From assembly GCA_044236545.1 (NCBI GenBank), contig JBIIGI010000002.1:134-64133 (forward strand): DNA of 64,000 bases. The letters run 5' to 3'. Position numbers and translations under genes: made by a program. How positions within the stretch are numbered: position 1 is the first letter of the stretch; every line of letters begins with the position of its first letter. Positions 1 to 9,714 of the stretch are shown here, piece after piece. The stretch is from Chthoniobacterales bacterium. GTDB taxonomy: Bacteria > Verrucomicrobiota > Verrucomicrobiia > Chthoniobacterales > UBA6821. The notes below the pieces were generated by a model that was not told where the DNA came from, ran no database searches, and saw only the letters and a program-made list of their open reading frames with translations.

Positions 1-1
1 G

Positions 2-790
2 ATCGCGGCCCGCATCTGCGGAGAACCGCAACTAGGCCTTGCCGCGCTGGTCGAGAAATACTTCGGGATCGCCCTTTCCAAGGCCTCTCGCAAGGCCAAC
101 TGGGCCCAGCGTCCCCTCTCCGACCAGATGGTCGAGTACGCGCTCAACGATGTCCGCTTTCTTCCACAGCTTGCCGGAATTCTCGGGAATCGCCTTGAGG
201 AACTCAATCGCTTCGAGTGGTACCGTCAGTCACGCGACCGCATGGTCAGGGGAACCCGCGAGACGCGCCAGCGCGACGAGGAGAACCTCTGGCGCATCAC
301 CGGCTACGCTGCTCTCTCCCAGCGCGGATGGGCCGTGCTCCGTGGCATCTGGCACTGGCGCGACGCCGAGGCTCGCGGCTGGGATCGCCCCCCCTTCCAT
401 GTCCTTTCCAATGAGAATCTCCTGCGCCTGGCCGACGATGCCTCGAAGGGAAGGGGCAAGATCGCCCTGCCCAAGCTTCCGCAGCCCCGCATGACAAGGC
501 TTGAGGAGGCCTTGGAAAAGGCCCTTGCCCTTCCGGAAGAGGAATGGCCGAAGATGATCCGGGGCGTCCGTACGCGCGCAACCAAGGAACAGATAGACCG
601 CTTCAACAAACTGCGCGACTTCCGCGACAAGATCGCCCGCGAGATAGACCTCGATCCCTCGATCGTGGCTCCGAAGGCCGCTCTCGAGGCGGTTGCTGCC
701 GACTCCTCCGCTGGGGTTCTCCTCCCATGGCAGCGCGATTTGCTAAGGTTGGAATCCCTTCCCGAGCCCGTTCAGCCAAGTCTGCTCTGA
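2..790 (+). CDS. rnd: Ribonuclease D (DEDDy 3'-5' exonuclease + HRDC), 5'-truncated by window edge
   Basis: Frame 2 is open from base 2. Translation ...LAALVEKYFGIALSKASRKANWAQRPLSDQMVEYALNDVRFL is the ExoIII YAxxD region, followed by the HRDC-like WHWRDAEARGWDRPPFHVLSNENLLRLA. Confidence 0.8.
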   Translation: MAARICGEPQLGLAALVEKYFGIALSKASRKANWAQRPLSDQMVEYALNDVRFLPQLAGILGNRLEELNRFEWYRQSRDRMVRGTRETRQRDEENLWRITGYAALSQRGWAVLRGIWHWRDAEARGWDRPPFHVLSNENLLRLADDASKGRGKIALPKLPQPRMTRLEEALEKALALPEEEWPKMIRGVRTRATKEQIDRFNKLRDFRDKIAREIDLDPSIVAPKAALEAVAADSSAGVLLPWQRDLLRLESLPEPVQPSLL

Positions 791-795
791 GTATC

Positions 796-1680
796 ATGAA
801 CGATCCCGCTTCACGGGAAATCGACCTGATCGATCTGGCCATAGCCGAGGATCTCGGGGAGGCGGGTGTCGCCGGCGATGTCACATCAAGGGCTTTCATT
901 CCTCATGATTCTCAGGCCCGCGCAAGGATCGTGGCCCGCGCCGCCTGCGTGGTTTCCGGTCTTTCCACGGCCCGGGAGGTTTTTCACAGAATCGATCCCG
1001 CATTGGAAATTTCCGTTTACTGCACCGAGGGGGGGCAGCTGAAAGCCGGAGGGATTCTGATGGAGGTGAGCGGATCGGCGCGATCCCTCCTGGCCGCCGA
1101 GCGGACAGCCCTCAACTTTCTCGGCAGACTCTGCGGCATCGCCACTCTCTCCCGCCGCTACGCCGATGCGGTGAAAGGCAGCGGGGTCACCCTGCTCGAC
1201 ACCCGCAAGACAACCCCGGGTTGGCGCCTGCTTGAAAAACAGGCCGTGAAGGCGGGCGGTTGCACGAACCACCGGATGGGACTCCATGACGCGGTGCTCG
1301 TGAAGGATAACCATCTCGCCGCCCTCGGCGACCTGTCGCTGCTTCCGCCGGTCATCGACCGCCTGCGCCTTAACCATCCCGGCCTGCCGATCGAGATCGA
1401 GGCCGACACGCTTGTCCAGCTGAAGACCCTGCTCGGCATGCAGGGAATCGATGTCATCCTTCTCGATAACATGTCCCCGGCGCAAATGAGCGAGGCCGTT
1501 GCCCTGCGCAACAAACTGGCACCCGCCATCTTGCTCGAGGCCAGCGGAGGCGTGACTCTGGCGACCATTCCCGAGATTGCGGCCACAGGTGTCGATCGCA
1601 TCTCGGTCGGGGCACTGACCCACTCCGCGACGAACGCGGATCTTTCGCTTGAGATGGAGTCGCCGGGTCATGTCAGCTGA
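796..1680 (+). CDS. nadC: Nicotinate-nucleotide diphosphorylase (carboxylating)
   Basis: Internal ATG at 796 of ORF 544..1680. AERTALNFLGRLCGIATL, LLDTRKTTPGWRLLEKQAVKAGGCTNHRMGL and DNM motifs are typical of QPRTase. Confidence 0.9.
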   Translation: MNDPASREIDLIDLAIAEDLGEAGVAGDVTSRAFIPHDSQARARIVARAACVVSGLSTAREVFHRIDPALEISVYCTEGGQLKAGGILMEVSGSARSLLAAERTALNFLGRLCGIATLSRRYADAVKGSGVTLLDTRKTTPGWRLLEKQAVKAGGCTNHRMGLHDAVLVKDNHLAALGDLSLLPPVIDRLRLNHPGLPIEIEADTLVQLKTLLGMQGIDVILLDNMSPAQMSEAVALRNKLAPAILLEASGGVTLATIPEIAATGVDRISVGALTHSATNADLSLEMESPGHVS

Positions 1681-2329
1681 ACCGCTGAATTCCGCTCTTC
1701 TGAGCACCGCCTCGCCATGGGGCATCCCCGTCCAAGTGCTCAACGAGATCACCTCGACCAACGACGAGCTTCTCCGTCGGGGAGAGGAGGGAGCACCCTC
1801 CGGGACGCTTCTCTTCGCAGAGAGTCAGACGGCCGGCCGCGGCCGTTTCCGTCGCCCCTGGTCCTCGGCGCCCGGACTCGGGCTCTGGTTCTCGCTGCTA
1901 CTGCGGATGGGGATCAACGATGCCTCGGTTCCGGCACTTTCCGCCTTCGCCGCCGTCGCACTCATCAGCGCGCTGCGTTCGCTCGGGGCTACCGATGCGG
2001 GCATCAAGGAACCCAATGATGTCCTGATCGGCGGATTGAAGGTGGCAGGCATCCTTGTTGAGACGAGGGTCGGAAGCGATCCCTTCGCCGTGGTTGGGAT
2101 CGGACTCAACGTGAACCACACCCCGGAGGACTTTCCCGAGGAACTCAGGGATCGCGCCGCCTCGCTGGCGATGATCACCGGATCCTCGCTGGATCGGAAC
2201 ACCGTGGCAGCGTCACTAATCGGGGAATTGGGAAAGGCCGATCGGTTGATGCGTGAATCCAAGGAGGAACTCCTCGCCGCATGGCACCGCCATCTTTTGC
2301 CCTCTCAAGACAGCAAATCAGGGAAATGA
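1670..2329 (+). CDS. birA: Biotin--[acetyl-CoA-carboxylase] ligase
   Basis: AESQTAGRGRFRRPW (GRGRxGR biotin-binding loop) and KEPNDVLIGGLKVAGILVE. ATG 1670 overlaps the nadC stop. An alternative TTG lies at 1649. Confidence 0.85.
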   Translation: MSAEPLNSALLSTASPWGIPVQVLNEITSTNDELLRRGEEGAPSGTLLFAESQTAGRGRFRRPWSSAPGLGLWFSLLLRMGINDASVPALSAFAAVALISALRSLGATDAGIKEPNDVLIGGLKVAGILVETRVGSDPFAVVGIGLNVNHTPEDFPEELRDRAASLAMITGSSLDRNTVAASLIGELGKADRLMRESKEELLAAWHRHLLPSQDSKSGK

Positions 2330-2475
2330 ATGTGGAACTCAGGAACTCAAGAATTGCTAAATCAAATCTGCAGAAAACTCCCCCTTTGCGTTTTGGATTT
2401 AAGACACCATTGTTTGAACATGATGCTACGGAAGAGCTCATTCGGATGCGGGGCTAGGCGCGCGAGCGAAGCTGT

Positions 2476-3549
2476 ATGAACTTATACTGCGAGCAAGCAG
2501 CAACACCGCCCCGCGCTGAAGGAGCCTTTCGGAGCGCTCCGATTTTAGCGATTGAGTCCAGTTGCGATGAAACCGCTGCGGCGATTCTCCGGCCACCCGG
2601 AATGCTGCTTTCCAGCCTCATTTCGTCGCAGGCTGCCGTCCATGCTCGGTTCGGAGGCGTTGTGCCAGAGGTTGCCTCACGCAACCACCTGCTGGCCGTC
2701 GATCCGCTCGTGCGCCGTGCCATGAGGGAGGCCGGCATCTCCGCTGGAGAGTTGGGGGCTGTGGCAGCGACTTCCGGGCCTGGCCTGGCTCCAGCGCTTC
2801 TGGTGGGGGCCTCCTACGCCAAGGGTTTCGCACTGGCACTTGGCATTCCTTATCTTGCGCTCAATCATCTCGAGGGGCATCTGCTCTCGCCCTTTTTCGG
2901 AGCAGATGTGATCCCTCCCCACATCGCGCTCCTGGTCAGTGGCGGCCACACCCAGTTGATCGAGGTGCGCGGAGCCGGGATATACCGGGTGATGGGCGGC
3001 ACGCTTGATGATGCGGCGGGGGAGGCCTTCGACAAAGCGGCCAAACTTCTCGGTCTCGGCTATCCCGGCGGCATCCTGATCGACCGGTTGGCCGATGGGG
3101 GTGACCCTGAGAAACATCCCTTTCCCCGAGCCTTTCTCGAGAAGGGAAACCTCGATTTCAGCTTCAGCGGACTCAAGACCTCCGTGCGCTACTATCTGGA
3201 AAAACATCCTGATCTCTCCGGATCCCCCGATGGGTTGGCCGATCTCTGCGCATCGATCAGGAAGGCCATCGTGAGCGTGCTTCTGCTCAAGACGGAGCGC
3301 GCCATGGAGGAGTCCGGCATGAGGCGGATCGCCGTGTCGGGCGGGGTCTCGGCAAACAGCTCCCTGCGGGCCGGACTAAAGGATCTCTGCCGGGTCAAGG
3401 GATGGGAACTCCATCTGCCGGCACCGGAACTCTCCACCGACAATGCCGCGATGATGGCATATGCCGCGATGCATCACCTCCTTGCGGGGGGGAAGAGCGA
3501 ACTGGTGCAGGAAATCACGCCGCAGTGGAGGGTGGAGGGCGGGGCATAG
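2476..3549 (+). CDS. tsaD: tRNA N6-adenosine threonylcarbamoyltransferase
   Basis: ILAIESSCDETAAAI, HLEGHLLSPF, LLVSGGHTQL and VSGGVSANSSLR are hallmarks of the Kae1/TsaD family. Confidence 0.9.
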   Translation: MNLYCEQAATPPRAEGAFRSAPILAIESSCDETAAAILRPPGMLLSSLISSQAAVHARFGGVVPEVASRNHLLAVDPLVRRAMREAGISAGELGAVAATSGPGLAPALLVGASYAKGFALALGIPYLALNHLEGHLLSPFFGADVIPPHIALLVSGGHTQLIEVRGAGIYRVMGGTLDDAAGEAFDKAAKLLGLGYPGGILIDRLADGGDPEKHPFPRAFLEKGNLDFSFSGLKTSVRYYLEKHPDLSGSPDGLADLCASIRKAIVSVLLLKTERAMEESGMRRIAVSGGVSANSSLRAGLKDLCRVKGWELHLPAPELSTDNAAMMAYAAMHHLLAGGKSELVQEITPQWRVEGGA

Positions 3550-3657
3550 CCGCCCCGGAGAAAATCCGGTTAAGTAAGAGGCTTATTTCCGGCTTGTTGG
3601 CCCGCTCCATCCTCTTTTCTTGTTGCAACGAGAAAGCCGGTGGGAGAAAGAAGATTT

Positions 3658-4101
3658 GTGAATTTTCTTCGCTTCTTTCCCTCGCTCCTTGCATCCATCG
3701 CCCTCACTCTGCTTCCCGCTCTTGCCGGCGAGGGTTGGGGAACCGACTACAACGCCGCCTTGGCAAGTGCCCTTAAGGAGAACAGAAACGTCCTGCTCGA
3801 TTTCACCGGGAGCGACTGGTGCGGATGGTGCGTTAAGCTGAAGAGGGATACCTTTGACCAGCCTGCGTTCAAGGAGTACGCCGACAAGAACCTCGTCCTC
3901 GTCGAGATCGATTTCCCGCAGGGGAAGAGCCAGAAGCCTGAAGTGAAGAGGCAGAACGATGCACTCCAACAGCAGTATCAGGTCCAAGGCTTCCCAACGT
4001 TGGTTCTGCTCGACCCACAGGGGAAAATCATCAAGCAGCAGAGCGGCTATATTCCCGGCGGACCGAAGGGTTTCATCGACTGGGTGAATGCCTCCAAGTA
4101 G
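3658..4101 (+). CDS. Secreted thioredoxin-fold protein (CxxC)
   Basis: GTG 3658 is preceded by GGGAGAAAG. Signal peptide NFLRFFPSLLASIALTLLPALAG. DFTGSDWCGWCVKLKRD contains the WCGWC redox motif. Confidence 0.75.
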   Translation: MNFLRFFPSLLASIALTLLPALAGEGWGTDYNAALASALKENRNVLLDFTGSDWCGWCVKLKRDTFDQPAFKEYADKNLVLVEIDFPQGKSQKPEVKRQNDALQQQYQVQGFPTLVLLDPQGKIIKQQSGYIPGGPKGFIDWVNASK

Positions 4102-4211
4102 CAGGCGGTCGGGGTTGCCCCGCGCTTTCCGTGGTTCGTGACAGCCACGATCGGTGAAGTTCCTTTGCAGACAGAGAGGCCGGACTCCGACGTGACGAAT
4201 TCTTGAAACGA

Positions 4212-4241
4212 AAAAAGGGAGGGGTGAGGCCCTACCTTTTT
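4212..4241. terminator. Candidate bidirectional rho-independent terminator between convergent genes
   Basis: AAAAAGG-G-AGGG-gtgagg-CCCT-A-CCTTTTT hairpin. The A-tract on one side and T-tract on the other would serve both the trx-like gene (+) and pyk (-). Confidence 0.45.
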
Positions 4242-4264
4242 GGTTTTGAAGACTTGGACGCCGG

Positions 4265-5677
4265 TCAGATCTTCCTCAGTTGGATGGAGTCGAATTTTTC
4301 ATCCCCTTCTATGATGTCGCTCATGACGATGAGTTGGTCCCCTTTCCTGAGCAGGTTGCGGGAAAGCAGAAGTTCCTCCGCGTTTTTCACCGACTCCTCG
4401 GGAGAGTTGGCAAATGGCATGACGAGTGGCAGGACTCCCCAGTTCAAGGTGAGATGGCCGGCCACCACCTTGGATGGGGTGAGGGCGTAGATCGGGGCGT
4501 GCTCGGGACGAATATGGCTGGTGTAGTCGGCCATGTGACCGTGGTGGGTGAGTACGGCCAAATGGGCGTTGGGAAACGAGTTGGCCAGCACGACACCCGA
4601 GTGGGCGGTCTTCTGCCTGGGCTTTGCAAGGGACGTCTGGTCGGCAAAGTGGGCGCTTCCGCTCCGCTCGATGCGGCGTGCGATGCGGTCGAGAACTTTC
4701 ACGCACTCCACCGGATATTTCCCGACGGTGCTTTCGCCGCTAAGCATGATGGCGTCGGCCTGCTCGAAGACCGCGTTAGCCACATCGGTCACCTCGGCGC
4801 GGGTCGGCACGGGATTCTCGATCATCGACTCGAGCATGTGGGTCGCCACGATGACAGGCTTGCCGATCTGGAGCGCCTTTTTGAGGATCCTGCGCTGGAT
4901 GATGGGAAGTTCCTCCATCGGGCATTCCACGCCGAGGTCGCCGCGGGCGATCATGACCGCATCGGTCTCATTGATGATCTCGGTGATCAACTTCACGGCG
5001 CTTTGATCCTCGATCTTGGCGATGACTCGGGCTTGGCTTCCGTGCGAGGCGAGCACACGGCGCATCTCGACGATGTCGGAGGGTTCTCGGCAGAAGCTCA
5101 AGGCGACGAAATCAACCCCGACCTCGGCTCCGACGGCGACGTCGGCCATGTCCTTCTCGGTGAGAGGGGGGAGATTGACCTTTACCCCGGGAAGGTTGAT
5201 GTGGCGGCGCGAACCGAGCTCTCCCGGGGTCAGCACTTCGCAGCGGATGCGGTTGTTGACCTTGGAGAGGACCTTGAGGTGAATAACGCCGTTGTCAACC
5301 AGGACAACGTCCCCCTCGTTGATGTCGTCGATGAGTCCGTCATAGTTCACATTGACGGAATAGACCTCCTCGCTGCGCGCCCCTCGCACGGTGAACTCCA
5401 TGATATCGCCCGTCTTGAGATTGAGCTTGGTGGGGAGGTCTCCGGTGCGCACGGCAGGTCCCTGTGTATCGAGCAGGATGCCCACGGGCATGTCGAGCTC
5501 GTCGGCGATGTTGCGGATCGCGGGAACGATCTTGCGTACCCAGTCGTGCTGGGCATGGCTCATGTTGAGACGGAAGATGTTGGCTCCCGCCAGGATCATC
5601 TCGCGGAGGCGCTCCGGGGTTTCGCTGGCCGGGCCAAGTGTGCAGATGATTTTGGTTTTGCGTAGGTTCATGGTCAT
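4265..5677 (-). CDS. pyk: Pyruvate kinase
   Basis: MTMNLRKTKIICTLGPAS, NMSHAQHDW, MIARGDLGVE and a C-terminal regulatory domain. Start taken at ATG 5677 (alternatives 5671 and 5713). Confidence 0.9.
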   Translation of the reverse strand: MTMNLRKTKIICTLGPASETPERLREMILAGANIFRLNMSHAQHDWVRKIVPAIRNIADELDMPVGILLDTQGPAVRTGDLPTKLNLKTGDIMEFTVRGARSEEVYSVNVNYDGLIDDINEGDVVLVDNGVIHLKVLSKVNNRIRCEVLTPGELGSRRHINLPGVKVNLPPLTEKDMADVAVGAEVGVDFVALSFCREPSDIVEMRRVLASHGSQARVIAKIEDQSAVKLITEIINETDAVMIARGDLGVECPMEELPIIQRRILKKALQIGKPVIVATHMLESMIENPVPTRAEVTDVANAVFEQADAIMLSGESTVGKYPVECVKVLDRIARRIERSGSAHFADQTSLAKPRQKTAHSGVVLANSFPNAHLAVLTHHGHMADYTSHIRPEHAPIYALTPSKVVAGHLTLNWGVLPLVMPFANSPEESVKNAEELLLSRNLLRKGDQLIVMSDIIEGDEKFDSIQLRKI

Positions 5678-5783
5678 GGTTCTTGGAATGGATTCGGCCC
5701 GGGGGGTTGGCAAGCCTACTATCTAATCAGGGGAGGGGACGCTTGCAAAGCGCCGGATTGCCGTCGGCACGTACCGCCCGTTC

Positions 5784-6509
5784 TCAGAGCCCTTTTTTTG
5801 GAATCACAAAGTCGGGGCGCTGAAATGCCGGAAGAAGGCCGACTTTCTTCGGGCGCCTGGTTCTCCTTTCAGTGATCAAGCCCAGCTTGAAACAGTATTC
5901 CGAAATGGTGGCGGTGATCTCGCGCGCCGTCCTGACACGGTCGACGGACAGCCCTCCGAGGGAGGCACTACCCGCATTCGCGACAGCTCCCGGGATGAAG
6001 AAGGCGCCCGCCGGAGTGAAGGCGGCCCAGGCACCCGGTGAAAGACCCGAGCCACCCGTGGTCAGCATGCTGAGAAAAGCGGAAGGAGTCTTGCCGGAGA
6101 GATCGAGAATCTGTACGCGGGTCTCAAACTTGGTGCCGCCGGCACCGAAACCGATGCCGATCCTCAAGGCGCGGCTCCCTTGATTCACCCGGTCGTAGAC
6201 GCCCTTGACGAGCCAGAAGTTTCCTTTGGGCAGGGGAGCCCCCTCGGGGAGGATCTCGGCGGGGGCGATGTGCTTGGTGAGTTGCTCCTGAATGTTGACG
6301 GCCAGGGCGCGGCGCTCCGCTTTGACAAAAGCCAGCAGGTCGTGGTTGCTGCGGTCGACGCGGAAGCTGTCATAAGGAGCGGTGAACTCCTGCACATAGA
6401 TCTTGTCGGGGAGTTTCCTCGGAGGCGTTCCCTTGGGATTGATGTTGCCCACACTGACCGAGGCGCAACCGGCAAGAAGCAGTAGGGGAAGAAGCGTGAG
6501 GTGTTTCAA
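5784..6509 (-). CDS. Hypothetical lipoprotein (possibly DUF4410-like)
   Basis: A TTG start at 6509 gives (M)KHLTLLPLLLLAGC, a textbook lipobox. The track ORF extends to 6584, but that start would collide with the divergent transporter ATG at 6583. Confidence 0.5.
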   Translation of the reverse strand: MKHLTLLPLLLLAGCASVSVGNINPKGTPPRKLPDKIYVQEFTAPYDSFRVDRSNHDLLAFVKAERRALAVNIQEQLTKHIAPAEILPEGAPLPKGNFWLVKGVYDRVNQGSRALRIGIGFGAGGTKFETRVQILDLSGKTPSAFLSMLTTGGSGLSPGAWAAFTPAGAFFIPGAVANAGSASLGGLSVDRVRTAREITATISEYCFKLGLITERRTRRPKKVGLLPAFQRPDFVIPKKGL

Positions 6510-6582
6510 TATCCGGAAAATATTCAAGGTGATTGAATTTGCTCGCGAATGGCCGGAAGTCCATGAAAAAGACAGCTTTGCC

Positions 6583-7869
6583 ATGCCTGCCGCGGATCTT
6601 CACCACACCCTGCCACCCCCGCTGCTTCTGCTGCCCTTCGCGGTCCTCCTGCTTGCGATCGCGGGGATGCCCTTCCTGGCGACGCACTGGTGGGAGAGGC
6701 ACTACCCGAAGGTGTCCGTGCTCCTCGGAGGGGTGACGGTCCTATACTACCTCGCGGTTCCGGGAGGCGCGGCCCGCCTGCTCGATTCGCTCCATGAATA
6801 CGTCGGCTTCGTCGTTGTCATGGCCGCGCTCTTCATCGTGGCGGGAGGCATTCACATCAGTGTCTCCGGCGAGGCCACACCTTTGAGGAACGTGATCTTT
6901 CTGATGATCGGATCGGTGATGGCCAGCATTATCGGCACCACAGGGGCATCCATGCTGCTGGTCCGCCCCTGGATCCGGATGAACAAATACCGGATCACCG
7001 GGTTCCACTGCGTCTTCTTTATCTTCCTGATCTCGAATGTCGGCGGCGCTCTCACCCCGATCGGCGACCCGCCGCTTTTCCTTGGATTCCTGAAGGGTGT
7101 CCCCTTCTGGTGGACACTCGGGCACCTCTGGCGGCCGTGGTTGCTGATGACGGGTTTACTGCTCGGGATTTTTTATCTCATCGACCGGGAAAACTTCCTG
7201 AGAGCCCCGCGCGTCGTCCGCGATGAGGTGACTGCGGAGGAGCTCTGGAGCATTGAGGGATTGGGGAATCTCGGGGCGCTGGGCGCCATCCTGACCGCTG
7301 TTTTTCTCCCCAGTCCCTGGAGGGAGATCCTCATGGTGGCGGCGGCCCTTCTCTCCTGGTATCTGACCCCCCGTCTCACCCATCAAAAGAACGACTTCAC
7401 CTTTGCCCCGATCAAGGAGGTGGCGTGGCTCTTTCTCGGAATCTTCGCGACGATGGTGCCAGCCCTCGATTACCTGGAGCATTACGCCCGTGAATTGGCC
7501 GGTTCGCACGGGATGGGCCCGCTCCAGTTCTACTACCTGACGGGCGCCCTTTCCTCCTTCCTCGACAACGCCCCCACCTACCTGGCCTTCCTCTCGGTGG
7601 AATTGGGCCTGAAGGGAGGGATGCTTGGCAATCCCGAGGATGTCCTCCGGATCGCGACCCATGATCCCAGTCACCTGATCGCCATCTCGATGGGCGCGGT
7701 GTTTTTCGGCGCCATGACCTACATCGGCAACGGGCCCAACTTCATGGTCAAGAGCGTCGTAACCCAGTTCGGCGCAAACACCCCGGGATTCTTCGGTTAC
7801 ATCGTCCGCTACGCCCTCCCGATCCTGCTGCCCGTGCTCGCGCTGGTCGGCTGGCTCTTTCTCAGGTAG
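6583..7869 (+). CDS. ArsB/NhaD-superfamily ion transporter (sodium:proton antiporter-like)
   Basis: Polytopic membrane protein from the internal ATG at 6583. GTTGASMLLVRP, SNVGGALTPIGDPPLF and FLDNAPTYLAF resemble ArsB/NhaD permeases. Confidence 0.65.
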   Translation: MPAADLHHTLPPPLLLLPFAVLLLAIAGMPFLATHWWERHYPKVSVLLGGVTVLYYLAVPGGAARLLDSLHEYVGFVVVMAALFIVAGGIHISVSGEATPLRNVIFLMIGSVMASIIGTTGASMLLVRPWIRMNKYRITGFHCVFFIFLISNVGGALTPIGDPPLFLGFLKGVPFWWTLGHLWRPWLLMTGLLLGIFYLIDRENFLRAPRVVRDEVTAEELWSIEGLGNLGALGAILTAVFLPSPWREILMVAAALLSWYLTPRLTHQKNDFTFAPIKEVAWLFLGIFATMVPALDYLEHYARELAGSHGMGPLQFYYLTGALSSFLDNAPTYLAFLSVELGLKGGMLGNPEDVLRIATHDPSHLIAISMGAVFFGAMTYIGNGPNFMVKSVVTQFGANTPGFFGYIVRYALPILLPVLALVGWLFLR

Positions 7870-7878
7870 CCTGACCGC

Positions 7879-8490
7879 ATGTTCACCGGACTTGTCGAAT
7901 CCATCGGTCGCGTCCGTTCCCTTGACCGGCGCGGTGATGCCGCCCGCCTGACTCTGGAGACCCCGCTCGCCGCCGGGCTCTCACTTGGCGAAAGCCTGGC
8001 CGTCAACGGTTGCTGCCTCACCGTCACCTCGACCGATGGGGATTCGGCATGCTTCGACCTGCTTGGGGAGACCCTCGCCCGGACCAATCTCGGCGGCCTC
8101 GCTCCGGGAGACCGGGTGAATCTTGAGCGAGCCCTGCGTGCCGACGGACGCTTCGGGGGCCACTTCGTGCAGGGGCACATCGACACCACGACCGAGGTCC
8201 TCTCCGCGGAAACCAAGGGGGCGGATCTCAATCTGATCATCGCCCTTCCGGAAGCAGGAGCCCGTTACCTGATCGAGAAGGGGTCGATCGCCGTCAATGG
8301 TGTCAGCTTGACCGTCGCCTCGCTCGGCGAGGATCGCTTCGGTCTCTGGATCATCCCCCACACCTTGCAGGAGACCAATCTCGGAGACCTCTGCGCCGGT
8401 AGCCCCGTGAACCTCGAATACGACATGCTGGCCAAATACGCGGAGAGGCAATTGGGGGATAGGTTATCGGGAATGGGTGATAGGGACTGA
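7879..8490 (+). CDS. ribE: Riboflavin synthase
   Basis: MFTGLVESIGRV, GESLAVNGCCLTV and the repeated half SIAVNGVSLTV show the internal lumazine-binding duplication. Confidence 0.9.
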   Translation: MFTGLVESIGRVRSLDRRGDAARLTLETPLAAGLSLGESLAVNGCCLTVTSTDGDSACFDLLGETLARTNLGGLAPGDRVNLERALRADGRFGGHFVQGHIDTTTEVLSAETKGADLNLIIALPEAGARYLIEKGSIAVNGVSLTVASLGEDRFGLWIIPHTLQETNLGDLCAGSPVNLEYDMLAKYAERQLGDRLSGMGDRD

Positions 8491-8580
8491 TCTGTTTTTC
8501 TACCCCAATAGCCGAACCCTGAGATCCGTCGCCGATTACCTAACAGCCTTCAGTCTAAACCGCTAACAGCCTCATAATTC

Positions 8581-9714
8581 ATGCTTCGCATCGCGCTCCT
8601 CATGCTCTTCCGGGACAAGGCGAAGTACGTGATGCTGGTCGGCGGCCTGACCTTCTGCTCCCTGCTGATGACCCAGCAGACATCGGTCTTCTGCGGGATC
8701 ATGCTCTGGACCACCGCGACCGTGCGGAACATCGACGCGAAGGTCTGGGTCTTCGACGCCAAGGTGGAGCAGGTCAACGAGGTGATCCCGCTGCGCGAGA
8801 TCGAGGTGACGCGCGTGCGGAGCGTTCCGGGCGTGGAGTGGGCCGTCCCCCTCTATCTGGGGATCGAGCAGGCGCGCCTAAGCGACGGTTCCTTTCAGAA
8901 CGTCCAGTTGACGGGCCTCGACACCGCAACCTTCGTCGGCAGGCCGATGGAAATCCTCAAGGGGCGCATCGAGGACCTGCGCCTGCCCGACGCCGTGATC
9001 ATTGATCAGGTCGGCGTCGAGAAATACCGTAAAAAGGGCATCCACATCGATATCGGGACCTCCTTCGAGATCAACGACAAGCGCGCCGAGGTCGTCGCCA
9101 TCTGCCATGAAAACCGTAGCTTTCTGGCCCAACCCTACGTCTTCACCACGTACGACCGCGCGCTCCAGTTCGCCAAGCCGCAGCGAAAGATGCTCAGCTG
9201 CGTCCTCGTGGAGCCGAAGCCCGGGGTGCCGCCGCAGGAACTTGCCGTGCGGATCAGTACCGTGCCGGGATTGCGCGCCTTCGCCCGTGATGACCTCTTC
9301 TGGACGACCGTCCGTTGGTATATCAGGAACACCGGCATCCCGATCTCTTTCGGCACAGTCGTGCTGATGGGGATGATCGTCGGCATCGCCATCGCCGGAC
9401 AGACCTTCTATCTCTTCATCCTAGACAACCTGCGCTATCTGGCGGCGCTCAAAGCGATGGGGGCCCGCATGCCGATCCTGACGGCCATGGTCTTCCTGCA
9501 GTCGTTCTCGGTTGGTATCGTGGGCTTCGGGATCGGCGTCGGATTGACCACCCTCTTCGGACTCAAGGTTCTCAAACTCGAGACCCCTCCCTTCTTCATG
9601 CCATGGCAGGTGCCCGTTGCGGTGGCCGGCATCATCATGCTCATCTGCTCCTTCTCCGCCTTGGTCGGCCTGCGACAGATCGCGAAGCTCGAACCCGCCG
9701 TTGTCTTCAAATGA
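8581..9714 (+). CDS. ABC exporter permease, FtsX/DevC-like
   Basis: N-terminal TM, a large periplasmic domain, then a C-terminal 3-TM FtsX module (LAALKAMGARMPILTAMVFLQS). Confidence 0.8.
   Translation: MLRIALLMLFRDKAKYVMLVGGLTFCSLLMTQQTSVFCGIMLWTTATVRNIDAKVWVFDAKVEQVNEVIPLREIEVTRVRSVPGVEWAVPLYLGIEQARLSDGSFQNVQLTGLDTATFVGRPMEILKGRIEDLRLPDAVIIDQVGVEKYRKKGIHIDIGTSFEINDKRAEVVAICHENRSFLAQPYVFTTYDRALQFAKPQRKMLSCVLVEPKPGVPPQELAVRISTVPGLRAFARDDLFWTTVRWYIRNTGIPISFGTVVLMGMIVGIAIAGQTFYLFILDNLRYLAALKAMGARMPILTAMVFLQSFSVGIVGFGIGVGLTTLFGLKVLKLETPPFFMPWQVPVAVAGIIMLICSFSALVGLRQIAKLEPAVVFK

Noticed and set aside
4280-5665. 461-aa ORF on the plus strand covering almost all of the pyruvate kinase gene, plus similar long antisense ORFs at 9435-10508, 14157-15440, 16300-17145, 17048-18193, 44304-45500, 52851-53999, 57392-58441 and 62355-63590
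   Set aside because: Each lies antisense to, or out of frame with, a gene that has unmistakable family motifs. Their translations are Arg/Gly/Pro/Ala-rich low-complexity strings, typical of stop-poor alternative frames in high-GC DNA, and carry no recognisable motifs.
6582-6584. Divergent genes with start codons overlapping on opposite strands (lipoprotein ORF ending at 6584 versus transporter ATG at 6583)
   Set aside because: The lipoprotein has a far better start at TTG 6509, giving a canonical (M)KHLTLLPLLLLAGC lipobox signal peptide. The upstream extension is probably non-coding.
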